A stretch of DNA of 64,000 nucleotides. It comes from Candidatus Latescibacterota bacterium (GTDB taxonomy: Bacteria; Latescibacterota; UBA2968; GCA-2709665). The notes beneath the pieces are model-generated. The model saw nothing but the letters and a program-made list of their open reading frames with translations, was not told where the DNA came from and did no database searches. The DNA is taken from positions 3,296,001-3,360,000 of the forward strand of contig OZ242180.1 of the NCBI GenBank assembly GCA_965205485.1. The letters are read 5' to 3'. Shown one piece after another: positions 58,110 through 64,000 of this stretch; the first letter of the stretch is position 1; each line of letters starts with the position of its first letter. A program made the position numbers and the translations under genes.

Positions 58110-59186
58110 ATGGACTTACTGAAGGGCTTCGTCAACTGGCTTCTCACGCCTGAATATTTCCTGCCGTTGTTTGCCATTCTCTTCTTTCTGGCTTTGCGGA
58201 CCCGCTGGGTATGGACGGTCCGTTTCGGCCTCCCCGCCCTGATCGCCTCGATCGTATTCTTCCTTGTAAGTTTCCAGGATGAGAATTTCCGCATCATCGT
58301 GACCAAGGGTGACAATATCCCCATTGTCATGTTGCTGTTTCTGGTGGGTTTCTTTGTCTGGTACAGCCTGAAACAGGGGTACGACAACGACGAACGCATC
58401 GCGCGGGGCGAAGGGCCGGTTGAGAAGGCGGAATTCAAGGAGAAGGTCCTCACCTGGCCCCATCTGGTCTACACGGAGTTGATCTGTCTGACCCTTGCGA
58501 CAGTCTTCCTGATTCTCTGGTCCGTGCTCATCAAGGCGCCCATCGAGGAGCCGGCCAACCCGGCGAAAACCCCCAACCCGTCAAAGGCGCCCTGGTATTT
58601 CCTGGGGCTGCAGGAAATGCTGGTGTATTACGATCCGTGGATTGCGGGGGTCGTCCTGCCCACCCTTGTCATCGTGGGCCTCATGGCCATTCCGTATATA
58701 GACCGGAATCCCAGGGGGCTGGGTTACTATACGTTCAAGGAACGCCGGTTCGCCATTACGGTGTTCCTGTTCGGTTTTGTGGTGTTATGGGTGATGCTGA
58801 TCATGATCGGTACGTTTCTGCGCGGTCCGAACTGGAACTTTTTCGGGCCATACGAATTCTGGGACGTACACAAACTGGAAGCGCTGGTCAACGTCAATCT
58901 TTCGGAGTATATCTACGTCCAATGGCTGGGTACGGGACTGCCATCCTTCTGGCTGACGCGCGAGATATGGGGTTTCCTGCTGGTCATCCTGTACTTTCTA
59001 TTGCCGCCCCCATTGCTTGCGCAAACGGTGTTCAAGGATTTCTACAAGAACATGGGATTCGCTCGCTTTAGCGTGATGGTTTTCTTCTTCCTCTGCATGG
59101 TCGCCCTCCCCATCAAGATGTTGCTTCGCTGGCTGTTCAACCTGAAATACATTGTCGCCATTCCGGAATATTTCTTCAATATCTGA
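58110..59186 (+). CDS. petD: Cytochrome b C-terminal subunit (subunit IV-like, extended)
   Basis: ANPAKTPNPSKAPWYFLGLQEML (PEWY-equivalent), IPYIDRNP, FLRGPNW; extra TM helices. Confidence 0.85.
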   Translation: MDLLKGFVNWLLTPEYFLPLFAILFFLALRTRWVWTVRFGLPALIASIVFFLVSFQDENFRIIVTKGDNIPIVMLLFLVGFFVWYSLKQGYDNDERIARGEGPVEKAEFKEKVLTWPHLVYTELICLTLATVFLILWSVLIKAPIEEPANPAKTPNPSKAPWYFLGLQEMLVYYDPWIAGVVLPTLVIVGLMAIPYIDRNPRGLGYYTFKERRFAITVFLFGFVVLWVMLIMIGTFLRGPNWNFFGPYEFWDVHKLEALVNVNLSEYIYVQWLGTGLPSFWLTREIWGFLLVILYFLLPPPLLAQTVFKDFYKNMGFARFSVMVFFFLCMVALPIKMLLRWLFNLKYIVAIPEYFFNI

Positions 59187-59291
59187 GGATTCCTGTTTGT
59201 CTTCCGGCGCTGCTGCAGCATACCGTGGAATTTCTGAAGGGGTTGGTGGACGCGGCACTAAGGGCATATGCCGCCTCCCTGGAGCCGTTCG

Positions 59292-62200
59292 ATGAATGAG
59301 CCGAGGCGCTTCATAGACTTTGTCTACAACGTAGACAAAATGAACATGATTTTCGCCATCTCCAGCGTGGTGCTGGTTATCGCCGTGGTCTGGATGGTCT
59401 GGGACGACTACGACCGGGAATGGAAGGGTTTTCAGCGGGAGGCGATGGCGCTGGAGGCCTATAACACCGAGGCGGAAATCAAACTGGCGCAGGAGAACAT
59501 CGATCAGGACGCGCTGAAATCGATTGAGGACGAACTTGCGGGAATCGAGGCGTCGATCCAGGCGCACCAGAAACGATTCGATTCGGCAACGGCCGAGTTG
59601 AAGCGGCTCACACAAGCGGAGTGGTACAGCGCCGATCAGAGGCTGAAGTTCGAAAAAGCGCAATACGACGTGGTGAAGTTTGAGTATGAAGACGCTGCCA
59701 AAGCGGGACGTAAGAAAACGGCGGCGAAGAAAAAGGCCGAGATGGAGGTTATGGAGGCCCGGATTTACGAATTCCGGCTGGCTCTGGAGGCCGTGGAAGA
59801 AAAGCAGGCCGCGCAGCAGAAGATCATCGACGACGTCGCCGGGCAGCGACAGGCGCTGGAGTCCAGGCGGCGCTCGCTGAATAAGGATGAAGACAACCTG
59901 AGGCGCAAATTGACGGGTCTTGTGCCCAGTTTCCCCAACGTGTTCCGAAACCTGCCGATGGTGGATTTCATCGATCCATCCATCAAGGTACGGCAGGTCG
60001 TCCTGGCCGATCTGAGGAACGAACTCAACTTTACCCGGGTTCCGCGGGTGGACCGGTGTACCACGTGTCACGTAAACATCGACCGTCCGGGCTACGAGCT
60101 GGACCCGGAATCCGGCTGGTTCAGGAATGAAACCCTCAAAACCTACATGGAGACGGTCTACGCGGATCAAGACGTCCGGCTCGGCCGAACCCGGGCGTTT
60201 GCCACCCATCCGAGGCTGGATCTCTTCCTGAGCAGCGGCTCGCCCCATCCGATCGACGAGTCAGGGTGCACCACCTGTCATCTCGGTCGCGACCGGGGGG
60301 TGACGTTCAAGAATACCGCCCATACGCCGAGCGACGACGTCGAGGCCGCCCGCTGGAAGAAGCTGTACGGCTGGAAGAAGATGAAATACTGGGACCACCC
60401 GATGCTGCCCGGCCGCTACGTGGAATCCACGTGCGCACAATGCCACGCGGGCGTTGTCGACGTGCCGGAGGCGGACGATCTGAATCGCGGCATCCATCTC
60501 GTGCGCACGCTGGGTTGCCACGGTTGCCACAAGATCGCGAAACACACGCTTCAGGACCTGCGCAAGGTCGGGCCGGACCTGCGCAAGGCAGCCGGCAAAC
60601 TGGATCAGAATTGGGCCGTGAAGTGGGTGCGTGACCCCAAGGGGTTCCGGCCATCCACCAGGATGCCCAAGATTTTCGATCTGGCCAACGTGAGCGGGCC
60701 TGAAGATATCGCCCGCAATACGGCCGCGGTCAACGCCGTTGTGACGTATATCTTCGACAAGTCCGAACGGCCCGAGTACCCGACGCCGCCCGTACAGGGC
60801 GATGCAGGCCGGGGCGAGCGCCTCGTCGAAATGGTGGGCTGCAAGGCGTGCCACGTGGTGGGCGCGGACGACAAGTTGGGCCAGGAGTACGGGCTGCGGA
60901 ACTTCGGACCGAACCTGAACGACGTGGGCAGCAAGCTGTCGGAGGGATGGCTGTTCGCATGGCTGAAGGAACCCACGGCCTATTTCCCCGATACACGGAT
61001 GCCGAATCTGCGGCTGACCGACCGTGAAGCGGCCGACATCACGGCCTATCTGCTCACCCTTCGGAATACGGAGTTTGAAGCGCGGCAGGTGGCGGCGGTG
61101 GACCCGCAGGTGCGCGACGACCTGGTGTTGAACTATCTGCGCAGCAGGCTGCCCGTGAAGACCGCGAAGGAACAACTGGATCAGATGTCCGGCCATGAGC
61201 GGGACATCTGGCTGGGCGAGAAGATTATCTCCCGGCAGGGCTGCTTCGGGTGCCACCTCATCCCTGGGTTTGAAGATACACAGCCCATCGGCACGGAACT
61301 GACCGAAGAAGGCAGCAAGGACCTGGACAAGCTGGATTTCGGTCTGCTGGCCAAAAAGCCGGGTTCCTACAACACCGATCCCGACGCCATTCCCTATACG
61401 CGACACGACTGGTTCTATAAAAAGCTCAAACAGCCCCGGGTCTTCGACAAAGGTAAGGTGAAGCTGTACGACGACAAGCTGCGCATGCCCCAGTTCGGTC
61501 TGAGCGACGAGGATGCGCACGCGCTGACTACGGCGCTGCTTAGCATGAACAGGAGCCAGGCGGGCACCGATGCAATCAAGCGCCTGTCTCCCGATGAAGT
61601 CGATATCGAGAAGGGCCGCTGGCTGGTCTACGACAGGAACTGCAAGGGCTGCCACGTTGTGGAGAATCAGGGCGGGGCCATCCAGGATCCTCTCGTGGAG
61701 GCGTACGGAGACGAGGAAGTCCCGGCCGCCGACGCCGTGGGATTCGTGCCGCCGTCCCTCAACGGAGAGGGCAGGAAGGTGCAGCCGGACTGGTTCTTCG
61801 CCTTTCTGAAGAACGTGCAGCCTGTCCGACCGTGGCTCGAGGTGCGGATGCCCACGTTCGGTTTCGAAGACCCGCAGGCCATCGACCTGGTCACCTATTT
61901 TTCGCGTCTGGACAAGGAGCAGTTCCCCTACGCGACCTTTGTGGATAAACATTTGAGCTCAAAAGAGATGCGCGGCGCGAAGAGGCTGTTCAGCGCGGAT
62001 ATCTACAACTGTTTCACCTGCCACCAGCAGGGCGATATCAAGCCCACGGGCGATCCGGCAAGCTGGGCGCCCGACCTGAAACTGTCCAGGGAGCGGTTGA
62101 AGCCCGCGTGGATCAGGGACTGGCTGTGGGATCCGCAGAAGCTGCAGCCGGGCACCAAGATGCCCACGTTCTTCGGCGACGAAATGACCTACCTCCCCGA

Positions 62201-62345
62201 GGAAATGGCCGCCTATCTGAAGCTGCCCGAGGGGGTCAGGCCCGAGGACGGCCTGCTCGTATTGCCGACCGACGTCGTCATCGAGGCGCTCACCGACTAC
62301 ATCATCCACGGCCTCCACCAGGATTCACGGCTCACCAGACGATAG
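59292..62345 (+). CDS. Membrane-anchored multiheme cytochrome c (8 CxxCH) with a coiled-coil region
   Basis: CTTCH x2, CAQCH, CHGCH, CKACH, CFGCH, CKGCH, CFTCH; N-terminal TM; repeated GPxL...MP class I cyt c motifs. Confidence 0.92.
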   Translation: MNEPRRFIDFVYNVDKMNMIFAISSVVLVIAVVWMVWDDYDREWKGFQREAMALEAYNTEAEIKLAQENIDQDALKSIEDELAGIEASIQAHQKRFDSATAELKRLTQAEWYSADQRLKFEKAQYDVVKFEYEDAAKAGRKKTAAKKKAEMEVMEARIYEFRLALEAVEEKQAAQQKIIDDVAGQRQALESRRRSLNKDEDNLRRKLTGLVPSFPNVFRNLPMVDFIDPSIKVRQVVLADLRNELNFTRVPRVDRCTTCHVNIDRPGYELDPESGWFRNETLKTYMETVYADQDVRLGRTRAFATHPRLDLFLSSGSPHPIDESGCTTCHLGRDRGVTFKNTAHTPSDDVEAARWKKLYGWKKMKYWDHPMLPGRYVESTCAQCHAGVVDVPEADDLNRGIHLVRTLGCHGCHKIAKHTLQDLRKVGPDLRKAAGKLDQNWAVKWVRDPKGFRPSTRMPKIFDLANVSGPEDIARNTAAVNAVVTYIFDKSERPEYPTPPVQGDAGRGERLVEMVGCKACHVVGADDKLGQEYGLRNFGPNLNDVGSKLSEGWLFAWLKEPTAYFPDTRMPNLRLTDREAADITAYLLTLRNTEFEARQVAAVDPQVRDDLVLNYLRSRLPVKTAKEQLDQMSGHERDIWLGEKIISRQGCFGCHLIPGFEDTQPIGTELTEEGSKDLDKLDFGLLAKKPGSYNTDPDAIPYTRHDWFYKKLKQPRVFDKGKVKLYDDKLRMPQFGLSDEDAHALTTALLSMNRSQAGTDAIKRLSPDEVDIEKGRWLVYDRNCKGCHVVENQGGAIQDPLVEAYGDEEVPAADAVGFVPPSLNGEGRKVQPDWFFAFLKNVQPVRPWLEVRMPTFGFEDPQAIDLVTYFSRLDKEQFPYATFVDKHLSSKEMRGAKRLFSADIYNCFTCHQQGDIKPTGDPASWAPDLKLSRERLKPAWIRDWLWDPQKLQPGTKMPTFFGDEMTYLPEEMAAYLKLPEGVRPEDGLLVLPTDVVIEALTDYIIHGLHQDSRLTRR

Positions 62346-62400
62346 TTGGAACTTAGGCCGTCTTAACGATTGGAAATAATAGAGGAACGTCAGCCGGCGC

Positions 62401-62437
62401 GCCGCGCGAAGACCGCTGGGAATTTTAAGACAGCTTC
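62401..62437 (-). mobile_element. MITE family 1, terminal fragment
   Basis: GCCGCGCGAAGACCGCTGGGAATTTTAAGACAGCTTC followed by TAA matches the end of the 27760 copy. Confidence 0.8.
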
Positions 62438-62462
62438 TAACGAGGAAGAGAGGGGACGCAAG

Positions 62463-63209
62463 ATGAAACGACGTGGATTGATCGCAGCATTCATGACCCT
62501 GAGCTTCGCCGGTTTCGCGTGGAGTGACGCGACGGCGGGCGCGACGGTTTCCGGAACCATCAAATTGGAGCTGCCCGGCGGCAAGAAACCGGGGCGGAAG
62601 AAAATTCAAATGGCGGCCGACCCCGTATGTGCGGGAAAACACACCAGCGGTCCGGCATTGAGCGAGGTCGTGTTGGTTGAAGACGACGGAGGCCTGCACA
62701 ACGTGTTCGTGTACGTCAAGAAGGGTCTGGAGGGCAGGAAGTTCGACCCGCCGGCCGAGCCCGCCGTTCTGGACCAGCAGGGCTGCATCTACGTACCACA
62801 CGTTATGGGCGTCAGGGCAGGGCAGCCGATCACCGTGCTCAACAGCGACGGGACCCTGCACAATATCCACCCGAAGCCGCAGAACTCCGCCGAAATCAAC
62901 AAGGCGATGCCGAAGTTCATGAAGAAGACCACCATTTCGTTCGCAAATTCGGAGGTGATGGTACCGGTCAAGTGCGATGTGCATCCCTGGATGCAGTCCT
63001 ATATCGGCGTGATGGATCACCCGTTCTTCGCCGTCAGCGGCGAGGGCGGCAAGTTCGAGATCGCGGGGCTGCCGGCAGGCACATACACGATCGAGGCGTG
63101 GCACGAGAGCGAGCGGCTGGGCACGATGACGCAGGAAGTGACGGTCGCAGAGGGCGAGTCAAAATCCCTGGAGTTCATGTTCAAGATCAAGCCGAGAAAG
63201 AAAAAGTAG
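62463..63209 (+). CDS. Secreted cupredoxin-like / carboxypeptidase-regulatory-like domain protein of respiratory operons
   Basis: Signal peptide; LDQQGCIYVPHV, NSDGTLHNIH, KCDVHPWM, GTYTIEAWHE. Confidence 0.8.
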   Translation: MKRRGLIAAFMTLSFAGFAWSDATAGATVSGTIKLELPGGKKPGRKKIQMAADPVCAGKHTSGPALSEVVLVEDDGGLHNVFVYVKKGLEGRKFDPPAEPAVLDQQGCIYVPHVMGVRAGQPITVLNSDGTLHNIHPKPQNSAEINKAMPKFMKKTTISFANSEVMVPVKCDVHPWMQSYIGVMDHPFFAVSGEGGKFEIAGLPAGTYTIEAWHESERLGTMTQEVTVAEGESKSLEFMFKIKPRKKK

Positions 63210-63281
63210 GCGCAATCCTCAGGATCGACCATGCGGGGTGGGATTTCGGGTCCGCCCCCCATAAATACTGGAGGGTCCCGA

Positions 63282-64000
63282 ATGCAAGAAAAGGTGTACG
63301 GTTACTGGCTGCCAATTGACATCTCAACCCACGGCGCCGTCGTGGATTGGCTGATCAATTGGCTGCACGTGTTCATGATCGCGTTGTTTCTGGGTTGGGG
63401 CGTCTTCTTCGTCTACTGCCTTGTCCGCTACCGGAGGAGGGCGAACCCCGATGCGTCCTATGATCCCGTTAAGGGGAAAGTCGCCAAGTACGTGGAATAC
63501 GGCGTGATCGTCGTCGAGGCCGTGCTGCTGGTGGGACTGTCCATGCCGCTCTGGGCAGACTTCAAACACGCGTTTCCAAACGAATCCGAAGCGCTGGTGG
63601 TGCGGGTGGTGCCCGAGCAGTTTGCCTGGAATATCCACTACTCGGGGAAGGACGGGAAATTCGGACGGACGGCGCCCGAGTACGTGAGCGCCGAGAATCT
63701 GCTTGGGCTGGACCCCGACGATCCTGCCGGCAACGACGATTTCAATTCCATCAACAACCTGCATATCGTGAAGGACAGGCCCGTCATCGCGCACATTTCG
63801 TCGAAGGATGTCATTCACAGCTTTAAAATTCCCGTGATGCGCCTGACGCAGGATGCGATTCCCGGACAGGACATCCGGATCTGGTTCGAGGCAACCAGGG
63901 CCGGAACGTTCGACATCGCCTGTGCTCAATTGTGCGGTCTGGGGCACTATCGCATGCGCGGGCAGTTGACGGTGGAGTCGGAAGAGGCGTTTCAGGCCTG
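63282..64000 (+). CDS. coxB: Cytochrome c oxidase subunit II, 3'-truncated by the window edge
   Basis: Absent from the ORF track because it has no stop. Reads MQEKVYGYWLPIDISTHG..., two TMs, EQFAW, SKDVIHSF, DAIPG, CuA motif CAQLCGLGHYRM. Confidence 0.93.
   Translation, partial: MQEKVYGYWLPIDISTHGAVVDWLINWLHVFMIALFLGWGVFFVYCLVRYRRRANPDASYDPVKGKVAKYVEYGVIVVEAVLLVGLSMPLWADFKHAFPNESEALVVRVVPEQFAWNIHYSGKDGKFGRTAPEYVSAENLLGLDPDDPAGNDDFNSINNLHIVKDRPVIAHISSKDVIHSFKIPVMRLTQDAIPGQDIRIWFEATRAGTFDIACAQLCGLGHYRMRGQLTVESEEAFQA

Noticed and set aside
63324..63947. 207-aa minus-strand ORF at the window end
   Set aside because: Shadow of coxB, which is on the plus strand and missing from the track only because it has no stop in the window.

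Overview
A GC-rich bacterial chromosomal window with no rRNA, tRNA, CRISPR array or intact transposase that I can recognise. The paired DFNGDG..DF.DF..F C-terminal domain and the general gene style suggest a Latescibacterota/Gemmatimonadota-like organism, but that is only an inference. About 1-23 kb is accessory and catabolic. It holds DHDPS-like, creatininase, DSD1-type PLP, Gfo/Idh/MocA, lepB, a lone iorA, a DASS transporter and higBA genes. It also holds a 2OG-Fe(II) oxygenase / secreted 45-Asp protein / HTTM-remnant trio, a duplicated beta-propeller gene, a triplicated NAD-dependent epimerase gene and several frameshifted genes. About 23-45 kb has gcvPA/PB, a sigma-70 factor, ferritin, glycosyltransferases, an amidase/DMFase-like cluster and a frameshifted rifampin-phosphotransferase-like gene. 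About 45-54 kb is housekeeping (yggS-yggT-mtnP-NUDIX-ileS-dksA-lspA-rluD). About 54-64 kb is a respiratory locus: a divergent 2x[4Fe-4S] protein, then HEAT protein, Rieske, split b6-type cytochrome b, octaheme cytochrome c, a periplasmic protein and a partial coxB. The four most interesting signals are: (1) a shared ~25-aa N-terminal motif, present once in the ferredoxin and twice in the Rieske protein, which could be a docking tag; (2) the poly-Asp/Glu secreted protein flanked by two candidate acidic-residue modifying enzymes; (3) a MITE family with 17-bp TIRs and TAA/TTA target duplications in five places; (4) a second small TIR element and a REP-like doublet. Functional calls come from motif recognition by eye, not database searches.
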